From assembly GCA_024679065.1 (NCBI GenBank), contig JAGIQG010000003.1, forward strand, positions 88,226,001 through 88,290,000: a stretch of 64,000 bases of DNA, written 5' to 3'. Every line of letters begins with the position of its first letter. Within the stretch, counting starts at the first letter, position 1. Made by a program: the position numbers and the translations under genes. The notes under the pieces were generated by a model. It was not told the origin of the DNA. It did not search any database and saw nothing but the letters and a program-made list of their open reading frames with translations. Below are positions 24,903 to 36,475 of this stretch, piece by piece. The stretch comes from Sphyrna mokarran. Its lineage: Eukaryota.

Positions 24903-26849
24903 AAGGTGCATCTGAAGAAATATTTTTCTCCTCTCAAAACAGTTATTACATAATTTCTTTCCCACTCTGTTTATGACCTTTAAATGGCCATAGCAGGTGC
25001 TTCATTGAGCAATATTTCGAGATTTGTGTTAATGAAGAAATGACAGCAGCAGTGATTTTTCGGGATATGTTCACCACTGCATGCTAGCTTCCACTCTTTA
25101 TTTAATGTTTTCAGCACACCACAGGATTAATTTTAACATCGGTTGACAGTAGGGCTAGCCTTACAAATCTTTGGGTTGATTGACACAGTATTGAGAGAAA
25201 CAGCCATGCAGTCTTGTTCAGGCTATGCCATACAATGACAGTGTTACTGAGCTCAGCCCATGTATTGAGTAATTAATATTAGCAATCGAGGCTTCCGCTG
25301 AAGATATGGCAAGCTTTCATCTGCACTCCGTGCGACAGAATTTTACTCTACCTGGTCTAGGTAGCTTTGAGATCCCACAGAAAGGTTTAGCATAGTATGT
25401 TTAAGTGAGATTATTTAACATTTTCTTTTCATCCTATTAAATTCAATGGAGGGTTATCTCAGACCTGCATGTGTGACCAGCCACCCCAGGACCAAGAGAT
25501 AGCTGTGATTCAAGTCTTGGCCACAATTAATTTGCATTAAACAGCTAAAGGGCACCAAGGTACACAACCTGATGGGGCTTATCATTTTAAGCCCTACCAA
25601 TATGGGGCAGTCGTGGTCATAAACATGGGTGAGGGGATTTGCAATTGGAGATGCGGATAGGGGTGCCTGGCGTTGCTGAAATGGCCCAGAATGTTTTTAT
25701 ACGGCCCAGGTTCGATTACCCATGGAACTGATTGAAACCTGCACAGCATTTACTCTAACCAATTCTGATCTGAAACAGCAACCAGGATTGGCCCCAATTT
25801 GCATGTTAAAAGGGACTCGTTACCTGACTCAGGTAGAGACTTTGGAGGAAATGAAAACAGAAAATTCTGGAAACATGCAGCAGGTCTGGCAGCATCTATG
25901 CAGAGGGAAACAGAGTTAACTTCTTTTGTGTGAAATAGGCTACAGACAAGGAAGATAAGTTGAAGGAATGGAAAGGCTTTAAGTATCTGGCTCATGTTGT
26001 TTGGTCATAGTTAATAGTGATAAAATGGCTTAAAAGCTGGGATTCATGGTAACTGAATCATTGGGGAAATTGAGGGGATTGTCATTATAGTTTCTTTGCT
26101 CCATGATGTTTGAAGTTTGCTTTATGGGACTCTTAATATATCATGATATAGTGATATAGAATTGACACAAGTGTTTTGTGTAAATGGCTATTTACTATTG
26201 TTAAGCTGGAATGGCAAAGCTGTTTACCCAATAGTGAATTGTGAGCTCAATAATATAGACCCCCATGGAATCGTAAGATCTGACTGAATACTCAAATTGG
26301 ATTGTTCGACATGAATTTGTTCAACAAACGGATCTGATTCAGTGACAAACGTCTGTGTTTAAAGTAACAAAACAAAATAGGAAAGGAAAACAGTCCAACA
26401 AAAGCTAGTGGGTTACATGGAAAACTGGAGGGAACAGTACATAAGGTAACACAGAAAAGAAACAAAGATTGGGCTGAGGCCTGTTTTAAACAGCTCCCTG
26501 TGGTGTTCAGTGCAAGGTTTTTCACAACAAATTCTTGTGACATTTTTGAATCAGTGCACTGCTGTGGATTGTGATAGCTATTAGTGATAATTCAGTAGGA
26601 AAAGATACAGATACCACTCAGATGCAGAGGAACTGGAGGGAGAGATTCACACAGGGTAAGGTTAAAGTTAAATTATAGGAGGGTGGTATCGTTTGCAGGT
26701 CCATTTATAACTTCAATTCAAGAACCCATGGAAAGCTTAGTGTAGGATTCTTAAGGAGTAATGATATGGTTTCATCACAGCTCAGTTTTTCGGTCACTTT
26801 TATCAAGTCAGTTTTCTACTCGGTGCCTCTGGTTCATAGTGCCATTGAC

Positions 26850-27535
26850 TAGGGATTTTACAACCCTGTGCTTGAAAGTTAGGAGGGCTGTGGGGGGGGG
26901 GATGTTTTTTTAAAAGCAGTGTATGATTTGCCTGCTATGTAATGGTCACTTGAGTGCCTCATCCCACTCCTCTGCTATTTCACTCACAGTAGGGGGAGAC
27001 CCAAGCCAAACAGGTAACCTGGCAGCTTTTACTGACAGGGATTGGGGTCTCCAGTGCCCATCTGAGGTATCCCATCAAAATCATAGCCCCCCCAAACTCC
27101 ACCCCATTATTTAACCCTCTCTCCTGTCCTCTCCAATTCAAAACCCAAATCCCTGCACCCTCCACCTCCCTCCTCACCCTGTCACTGGGTTCTGCCAACC
27201 CAGCCCCTCGAATCCTCAGGATTATCTGAAAACCTGCTTCCTTAACCTCCCCTTTTTTGGGCAGGCTGTTGCCCCAGCGGTGGCCACTTTTCAAACCTGA
27301 CACTTGCAGCGTTTCAGGGCTACTGGTCAGTCCAATTGGCTATCAGTTTTCAGAAACAGGATTTATTGCCCAGATGGGGGTGCAAATCTCACCCTGAGCC
27401 AATGAATGCCTGCCAAGTGTAAAATGGCTGCAGGATGGTCACTTTTTGGTGAATGGACATTCAACGAATATTTTAGTCTGGGGAGAGGGGGTGTGTGAGG
27501 GAGCAGAGAATAGGACACCCAGTTAAATCAAGCCT
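26850..27535. mobile_element. degenerate Harbinger-like non-autonomous element
   Basis: Ends gggattttacaaccc...gttaaatcaagcc with a GC-rich interior like other MITE-family copies. Confidence 0.35.
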
Positions 27536-27734
27536 CTAATTTTTTTTTAATAGGTTCTAAGGACCTGTGAAATTGGCTCAGATTTTCAGTAGAAATGTAA
27601 TAATCTTTAATACATTTTATTGAATAAATATTAATAAAATTGTGAACAGAATGTTCTTCAATCAGTCCCTGCTGCAATGGCAAGACCACAAAGCTGATCT
27701 ATTAATGATGAGATTTATTGAGGCATTTTACTTT

Positions 27735-27900
27735 TATTCATTCATATGATATGGACGTTGCTGGCTAGGCCAGCATTTATTGCCTATACCTAATTGCCCT
27801 CGAGAAAGTGGAGGTGACTTGCCTTCTTGTCCCGTTGCAGTCTGTGTGGTGCAGTCACTGTGGTGCAGGTACACCCAATGTGCCATTAGTGGGGAAATAT
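27735..27900 (-). mobile_element. L2-like LINE 3' end
   Basis: ttattcattcatatgatatggacgttgctggctaggccagcatttattgcc...aattgccctcgag...tggtgcaggtacaccca is the reverse of an L2 3' terminus. Confidence 0.75.
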
Positions 27901-28001
27901 TATTGTTTGTTGCTGCTTTCTTTGGCCTCTTTTTGAGGGCTATACTTTTGGCTGCTGCTTCACATTGCAGATAACCTGAGAAAACAATCGCACCTGAACA
28001 G

Positions 28002-28620
28002 CCGACACTGACTCGGCCCCGACACTGACTCGGCCCCGACACTGACTCAGCTCCGACACTAAATCACTCTCAGCACTCACTCACGCCAGCACTCACTCAC
28101 CATCCGATGCCCACTCACCGCCAGCACTCACTCACCGTCCGATACCCACTCACCCCCAACACTCACTCGCGCACCTGACACTCGCGCACCTGACACTCGC
28201 GCACCTGACACTCGCGCACCTGACACTCGCGCACCTGACACTCGCACAGCCCCAAAACTCACTGATGCACCCCCAACACTCGCTCACCCCCAACGCTCGC
28301 TCACCCCCAACGCTCGCTCACCCCCAACGCTCACTCATCCGCCAACGCTCACTCATCCGCCAACGCTCACTCATCCGCCAACGCTCACTCATCCGCCAAC
28401 GCTCACTCATCCGCCAATGCTCTACTCATTCCCCAATGCTCACTCATCCGCCAATGCTCTACTCATTCCCCAATGCTCACTCATCCGCCAATGCTCTACT
28501 CATTCCCCAATGCTCACTCATCTGCCAATGCTCACTCACCCCCAATGCCCACTTATCCCCAACACTCACTCACCCCTGACGCGCCCTCAATGCCGACGCT
28601 TACTCAACCCTGACACTCAC
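28002..28620. repeat. compound C-rich minisatellite
   Basis: 17-mer ccgacactgactcggcc x about 3. 15-mer ctcgcgcacctgaca x5 perfect (28166-28240). 18-mer ctcactcatccgccaacg x5 (28330-28419). 37-mer higher-order unit x3 (28420-28530). Confidence 0.95.
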
Positions 28621-30037
28621 AAATTATTGTGACCACTCACATCTCTCTTCTCTCTCCTTACAGAAATGCATCTAACTTGTTAAGAAATAGTAGCCCAGTA
28701 GAGTGAGAGCCCTCCAGAGGCTGGCATTATGTTGACCAATGGCAGTGCCTGCCTACCCATTCACTGGAAAGGGGGGTCTTCTTCTACAAGGCTGCAGATA
28801 TCAGCAATGACCTGCTATGAGACCCTGTGCCTCCGGAGACACTGGTGCTCAGACATGTCAAGTGAGTAGATCCTCCTTCTGTGTACCTTGTTTTGGGTGC
28901 CTCACCTCCTTCCAGCTAGATCTCTATATCCATTCCCTCTGCCCTGTGGAGAGGCATTTGCTTGTGAGTGAGGTGCTGCTGTTGCCCATGCTCTGACCTC
29001 TGTCAGCAGAGGTAAAAGTTGGGCCCATGCTTTGGTGAAGCCTGGCAAAAGAGAGTGCAACTAAAGGTGAGTGAATGCAAGGCAGGTGCAGTGCCTCCCA
29101 GGAACTTGTTAAGCTGTGAAAGTTTTGACAGCAGTTTCTCAATTGCCATGGTTGGAGCTCTTCAGGTCTTCTCAGTTTGTCAGCTGCAGTGAAGAAGCTC
29201 TGCCATCTGCACACTCGCCTCGTGACCATGGTAGTGTGCAGACTCAGCATGGACCATGTATGTTGCTGGGAAAGAAGGAATCCAGAGTGAAAAGGACCTT
29301 AACTGCCTTTATAATCACCTCCATTTATTTTCCAATCTGCCCTGGGAAAGGCAGGAGTGGGTAAGATAATATCAGAATCCTAACCGAACATCATTTTCTG
29401 AATCTTTCCTACTCCACACACACTGAACTCATTTCTACCTGGCCAGAAAAATTCTGTTCCATATTTTTGATGCAGGCATCCTTATTTAAGGAAGATCCAA
29501 CTTTCAGCTCAAAGTAGCATCAAGCAGAAATGCAGCTATCCATGTTTTAAGCGTAAAGATTGCATTACAATCTTTCATTAAAACGCAGAGTATGATAATG
29601 CACGGAAAATTTAGAATATTAATACGATTCAATCCTAAATCAATATTAAACAAAACTGCAACCCATGTGAGAAGTATGGAATCTATTTACTGGTAAACCA
29701 ATTTAACATTAATATCACAACTAGTGAGTCAGTACACAATTATGTTCAGACTAAGTGAATTATTATGCAATTCCTTCAGATTCATTTTATTGATTTCCTT
29801 CTTACCTTCAGTTGTTACAGATATTGTAGATCATTGCACAAGTTGTTCAATCAGCAGTTATAATTGCATTCATAAAATGTCCTTGTTTGTATCATATATA
29901 GGATAAGAGGTGATAGAGATTGAAGGTGTCTATCTGATGCCATTGCTAAAGATTGGAATGGATAATGTGTGAATCATATGCCTTCTTGTTTATGACAATG
30001 TCTTGAACATTGTTTTTGCTTCTACTTTTGAGAAAAT

Positions 30038-31833
30038 AGGCCCTAATCTCTGCTGGGGTAGTGAAGTCGGGTAGATCATGGAGTATTTTACTCTAGGTAG
30101 TTGAAAGTTGAGGTTTTTCCATAAGATCTGGAATGTAGACATCAGTACATGTTCTTTGTCGAAGCAGCTCTTCCCCCAGGAAGCTCGCGTCCTTTGCTAT
30201 CAATGACTTGGTGTATGAACTCAAAGGCTGAAAGACATTTTCTGTCATTGTTTGGAGAACCTGAGAAGGGGAATTCTCCTGTCCTACCCATGTCAGGTTC
30301 CATAGCAGATGAGAGTGGAGAGTCTATTGAGATCAAAAATCAGAAACTTATTGGTGTAAAAAACCATTTGCGGTTTCCCCAATGCAGGTTAATGGCAAGT
30401 TAGTTATTCTGCTGCCTTGTGGTGTGAACATTATTTGCATTTGTTTGCATCTCATTAATGTTCATTAACAGAACTGCTCACCAGAAACTTCTCATGCCTT
30501 CTAATTTTGCACCAAGTCAGCAAACCAGTCCACTATGCCCAAGGACATTGGCTGTAGGACAGCCTTGAATATGATTTGCATGAAGACATTGAGGTTGGCA
30601 GTCGTGTCGTTTGAGAGGGTCATTGTTGTCCTTACCCCCTTTGGAGAGGGGAAATCTGTGAAGGTTCCCATTTTAACTCAGAGTCTGGTAGCCAGGATTC
30701 AGAGAGTGTAGAGATTCCTCCTGCAAATTGGAAAGGAGTCACACATGACTGTCCAGGGGCTAGTTGGACCTCAGCCTGAAGTCAGAGATAGGAGATTGTG
30801 TGAGACAGTAATGAGCATACAGCAGGAGCAATCATTAGGAGCATGTTTGCAGGGTGGGTAAGGACTATGTGATCCACATGAAAAAAGCACAACTTCGTAT
30901 CCAGGGCTGACTTGCAATGAATGTCCTTAGGCATGGTGTGCTCTGTACTGATTTGCAGAGGGAATGCTGATGGTCACAAGGACTACCTTCAGACAATCTT
31001 CAGACAGGGAAGACCTAATACTCAGGTGGGTTATATGAAACTCTCATGGCCAAGCTCACCTCTTAGATAATGGTACACACATCCTCTAAATGGGATGGGT
31101 AGAAGGGCTCTTCACAGTGGACTTGATGAGGGAGAGTCACAATGTCAACCACAACAATGATAGGATCCAGAATTATTGGGGGAAGCTGGAGAATAACAGC
31201 AGTGCTCCCTGCACAATGTGACACTCCAGCTAAATCAGAGGGAGGGTTGAACTTGGTCCTGGAGCACAAGTATGGCAGGACATCTTGACATTTTAGAAAA
31301 ATAGCACCCAGCAAAAACGAAAGTAAGGTTGGTTCTATCTGGGAGGGTTAGGAGGCAGTATGGGCGGACTACTAAGCTGGGCTATGGGTCATCCTGTCCT
31401 GCCCATATACAAATGAGATGAGATCATTCATCCGCTTCCTGCACTTTGGAGGCAATTGCCAGCCACCTTGGACAACTGCCTTCCAGTCCGGACAGTGACA
31501 GGGTGCTGCTTTAAGCCATCCCGCAGATAGAGAACATACTTCTGTGCCCAGATTCTTTGGAGTGCTGCCTTTCTCCTGAGGTTGATAACCTTTTGCTTCT
31601 AGAAAGATGGGCTGGAGAGAGTGAGATATATATATTAAATTGACATTTAAACATAGTGCCAGGACCTTTGAACCCACCAGTTGATGGCAGGTGAATGAAT
31701 CAGCTCAAAATCCATCAGGTAATTGAGAGAAATGCTTGCTTGTGCAAGTGTGGAATCCGGCATTCTAGCCAGTGGGAACAGTGACACCAGAACAACACCA
31801 CCACACTTTGACAGAAAATGGAGAATTCTGCTC
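30038..31833 (-). mobile_element. decayed PIF/Harbinger element with Myb/SANT-like ORF remnant
   Basis: Ends ggccctaatctc...ggagaattctgctc resemble the MITE TIRs. Minus ORF contains WKAV...KCRKRMNDL (about 31420-31485), the W..VA...QCRK(K/R).NDL signature of Harbinger Myb/SANT proteins. Confidence 0.6.
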
Positions 31834-31914
31834 TATGACTATCTTCCCTCCATAAGGGAACTTGCAGATCTTTCAATTTTTGTCATTCCATTGAAGGGTA
31901 CAAGGACAAAAGAT

Positions 31915-32295
31915 TCAAAGAACAAAGAACAATACAACACCAGACAGATCCTTCACCCCTCCAAGCCTGAGCCACTCATGCGCCCAACTAGAACATTCAT
32001 TTGTATCCCTCTATTCCTAGTCTGTTCATGTGGCTGTCTAGATAAGTCTTAAATGATCCCAGCGTGTCCACATCAACCACCTTGCTTTGCAATGCATTCC
32101 AGGCTCCCACCACCCTCTGCGTAAAATACGTCCCCCCGATATCTGTGTTGAACCTTGCCCTCCTCACCTTGAACTTGTGACCCCTTGTGTTTGTCACCTT
32201 CAACTTGGAAAAAAGCTTCCAACCGGTCACCCTATTTATGCCCTTCATAATTTTATACACCTCTCATACTCCATCTTTCCAGGGAAAACAACCCT
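31915..32295 (-). mobile_element. CR1/HER1-like LINE 3' end (relatively young)
   Basis: Open C-terminal ORF2 segment YKIMKGINRV...TRGHKFKVRRARF...YFTQRVVGAWNAL...SFKTYLDSHM, with aaagaacaaagaaca tail. Confidence 0.92.
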
Positions 32296-33945
32296 TTGTT
32301 TTCTTTATCGATGCTGACTGATCCAACATGAGCTTACAGTTTTTTTCTGGTTTTAATTTAAATGGACAACCATTATTTTTAATCAGAAGATTTAATTATT
32401 TAAATAAGAGAACAACAAATACATGAACTATTGTAATGTTGTACCATATGGTGTAAATTGTGATTTTGACAAGTTGTGGTCTTGGTTGTCTATCAATTTT
32501 GAAATTAAAAGGGTGAATCTACATGATCAGCTCTGGCAATATGTAAGTGTGAAACCAATTGGTGATAGGGTAGTAGCAGGTTCAAACATTGTGGGGTTTA
32601 AATTTGTTCCAAATTGGTTGAAGTACCAAGCAGCCGCTAATTGGCAATTTCCTTTTTGCTGCTGCTGTTAAGGACAATTTATCCCTTTCCCTCTGGCACT
32701 TTTATTCAAATCCTTTCCCAAAAATATATTGTTCAGAAAGGATTTTAATTAAGGCTGGTTTTCTCAAATTTATTTTAATCGTATTCATTTTGAAAAAGCT
32801 GAATAATTTGAACACCACACAGTCAGCACAATAAATGTGGTGACATTTAAGCATTTATGCAAGCTCCTGTCTTTAAAATCCCACATGTATGTCAAGAGGA
32901 TAGCAAGATTCAGGCTAAAGTGGCTTCATATGCAAGTCAAGCGATTGTTATGAGCAGTGAGAGTCAGATTGGGAATAGAGCTTCAGTTGGGACTGTGGTG
33001 AACTGCTATCTCCCTAATCTGACTTTAAAAGCTGCACTTTGAAAGGCAAAGACCAATGTTCAGAGACATTAAATGATTAGCAGCCTGCTTATCAAACACT
33101 GGTCATGCATATTCAATAGCTTTGATATTATATACACAGTTTTTTAATGAGAGTTTACTGACATCCCTGGTTTAACAGATGAACATTTGCATTTGTGCAA
33201 TTTACCTTGCCCCCTCGGCCATAAGAGATACACAACGATACACATAAACATTTGGTATGCACACAGCAACAGGATTCCACCATTATAGATTCTTGTTAGG
33301 TTAAAGATTATGTTTATTGCTTTAAAAACCTCTGCTGCAATGATATTAAGTTGACCACAAAGGAATGTTAGTGCTGCTCCAGTACTAATCTACTTCATAA
33401 CATCTCCCATTGCAGCTTCCCTCAGATTTATTCTTTCTCTGATTTTCCTCTCTGCAGCTCTTCTAAGCTAGGTGCCTGTGAGATACCTGTTTAAGAGAAA
33501 ATACAGCAATTTAAAATGTTTATTTTTAAACAGTACTGTTTGCTCATTTGTTGTGCAAGGTAATTTGCCATGTTATTAAATAGAGAGCACAATTAGTTGA
33601 TTGGCATTAATCAGAGCATTTAGTTTTAACCGCCACAAGGAATGCAACCTTCTCTCATGCCTGCCTGTCTTACAGGGAAAAACGTAGGAGTAATTCAGGG
33701 TGATTTACTCTGGTTTGTGTCAGATATATTAAATAATAGATTAAGTGTTACCATCATTTTACCCCTGTGCTGTGCTCTCATTTGATAGCAAGGTAGATTA
33801 TTGAGAATGCCAACTAACCATACAGCAATGTCTCATTTGTAAAGATTCTTCCAGAATGCATTTACTGCAAGTTGACTGTTGGCTGAAAAGACTGTGAGCT
33901 TTGCACTGATTGTGCCATGTGGATTTGATGTTTAAGCTAAAACTG

Positions 33946-34098
33946 GGATGTGGACATGCTGGTGTTGGACTGGGTGAGCATGTCTCACAACACCAGGTTA
34001 AAGTCCAATAGGGTTATTTGATATCATGAGCTTTTGGAGTGCTGAGTCATCTGATGAAGGGGTAGTGCTCTGAAAGCTCATGATAATAAATAAACCTG
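33946..34098 (+). mobile_element. Penelope-derived fold-back element with minimal hammerhead-ribozyme motif and 14-bp TSD
   Basis: Exact direct repeat ttaagctaaaactg at 33932-33945 and 34099-34112. Internal inverted arms. Motif CTGATGA-aggggtagtgctct-GAAA at 34051-34075. Confidence 0.75.
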
Positions 34099-34685
34099 TT
34101 AAGCTAAAACTGAAACTGAAGAAAAATGGAGGAGACTCCCTCAGCCTGATGCCTTAGTTCATTTTATGTCAATATCTAATTGAGTTCTGGCTACAAATTT
34201 TGCTTGTATTTGCACTATTTGTAACATCAGATAAACTGTGCAGTAATACCATTGCTACAATGTGAATGCTGCCGAAAAGTAGATTAATGCTACAAATTGC
34301 CCGTTACTCTCCTTTCTCCAGGATAAATGGATAAAAATGGAAAGGCACAGTGTAGCATAGGCTTGATGTGGAGGAAAAGCCCAGTGCAATGTTAAATCTG
34401 GTTAGCAATGTGCTCACAATGTATGTTACATTGCCTGGACACTTTTCAAGCATACCAATGTTCACTTTATTGCTAACGGATTCTCCTCTTTAATTCCTTC
34501 AACAATTGCATTTCCAATTGTTAGGAGCATATGGGCACTGTGATGATCAATAGTTTGATTGATCTGTTTTTGATTTTGTTGATGTGTTCTTTGACTTAAC
34601 TGTTTGCTTAAAACTGCAAGTGGAGCCAAAGAGCTAAGTGATCAGAGAATCATCCATAAAAGACCTGAATTCTGCCTGATTCAAT

Positions 34686-34813
34686 GGCCAGAATTTTATG
34701 ACTTCGCTCGGGCAAAGCTTGTAGAATTCTCCCCTGAGCCCAGTAGAAAATTCCGTTCTGCAAGCCTCACTTGCCTCCAACCCACAGACGTATTGGCCAA
34801 TAGAATTCCAGCC
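34686..34813. mobile_element. 128-bp PIF/Harbinger-like MITE
   Basis: TIRs ggccagaattt / agaattccagcc and an exact 3-bp TSD AAT (34683-85, 34814-16). Confidence 0.75.
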
Positions 34814-35699
34814 AATGTGTCTGTAGAAAATCCTGTAATTTCTGAACTGTCTTAAGGTATTGTAAATAGACCCGTGGTAGATTTGGGACCAGTGTCATTT
34901 CAGTATTGCTCTAAGATAATTCAGGCATCTAAGATGTAGAGCAACTCAGTGAAGACATAACACAGAGGTATAGTCAGAATATAGTTACACCACACAAAAT
35001 TCGATCCTGATCACAACAGAAAAGGGACCAGGAAAACTATTGGGATTAAAAGATGACTTGATTGCCTGTATTCTAGGATCTTTAGCTGCAGAGATAGTGG
35101 ATGCACTAGTTGTGAACTTCCAAAATACCCTCAATTCTGGACAAGTATCAACAGATTAGAAAACCACAAATGTAACATTACTATTCAAGTAGAAGGGAAA
35201 CAGAATTCAGGAAACTATACGCAGTTAGTCTAATATCCATCATTGGGAAACATTATTGAGGAGGTAGAAGCAAGACATTGAAAAAATGATGATACAATCA
35301 GAAAGGGAAATTGGATTTGAAAATTTATTAGAGTTCTTTGAGAATACTGCAAGCATGATGAATAAAGTGGAACCAACAGCTGTGGTGTATTTGATTTCCA
35401 AAAGGCATTCAATCTGGTGCCAAATGAAAGACTACTGCACAAGGTAAGGGTTCATGGTGTTGGAGGTAATATGTTAGCATGATAGAAAATTGGCTAACTG
35501 GAAATAGATTAATAATAGACAGTTAATTTCAGGTTGACAGATTAATTTAGTGGGGTGTCACAGAGATCAATTCTGGACTTTAACTATATTTGTATTAATG
35601 ACTTGGATGGAATGACTGGTTGCATCATAGTCAAATCTATTGATGACACAAGGATGGGTAGCAGAGCAAGCTGTGAGAAGGATACAAGGACTTGGGTCC

Positions 35700-36475
35700 C
35701 CCTGCCCCCAACCCCCCAAAATTAAACATCCAATAGGGTGAAAACAGGAGAATTTCACACCTGTACTTCATGGAATGAATCCCTGGCACTCACCCCATAG
35801 AAGACCCTTTTGGAGAGACCAGCAGCATAGTATTGAGCAGGCCATTGCACATGTGCTAGTCTGTCAGTGAAGGAATTGGTGCAGGCACATCACCAGTCAC
35901 TGGTCTACTGATTGATCCCCAACAAGTCTCATGCTCTCCACCCCTCCCCTGGACAGTAGCTTCGGTCAGCTTGAGTCACTGTCTGAGTGGAGTTTGCACA
36001 TTCTCCCTGTGTCTGTGTGGGTTTCCTCTAGGTGCTCAGGTTTCCTCCCACAAAAGTGTTGATTAGGTGTATTGGCCATGCTAAATTCTCCCTCAGTGTA
36101 CCCAAACAGGCGTCAGACTGTGGTGACTAGGGGATTTTCACAGTAACTTCATTGCTGTGTTAATGTAAGCCTACTTGTGACACTAATAAATAAATCTTAA
36201 ACCATGTGCAGCTCTGATCGCCTCCCCGCCCTCCATCCCTCTCCCACCAATCCCATCGCAAAGTGCCCTTCCCCTCACCACCACCACTGATTGGTCCCCC
36301 AATAGGCCCCACTCCCAGAAGGCCCTGCTCTCTCTGGTCCCATTTCCTTAGCACTTCTCAGTGGGCACTGCCTGGTGCCCTGTGGGCACTACTTGGTGGT
36401 CTGTGTCTCTGTGCCAGGTTGCCGCTATCAAGCTAGCAGTGCCCAAAGAGCAACCCCATGCCCCAGCCTCCCAAG
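35700..36475. mobile_element. fragment of the about 1-kb GC-rich TIR element nested in CR1
   Basis: Shares motifs (gccattgcacatgtgc, gggcactgcc, gcagtgccc, aaagagca) with 11705 and 37582. Confidence 0.55.
35962..36200 (+). mobile_element. HE1-related V-SINE with alternative 3' tail (5'-truncated)
   Basis: V-core plus tail gactaggggattttcacagtaacttcattgc...aagcctacttgtgacactaataaataaa, same as 24597. Confidence 0.88.

Noticed and set aside
28002-28620. CRISPR-like array or repeat-protein ORF (RQRSLI)n at 28265
   Set aside because: Units are head-to-tail with no unique spacers, there are no cas genes, and the context is vertebrate. The ORF is a by-product of a stop-free 18-mer.
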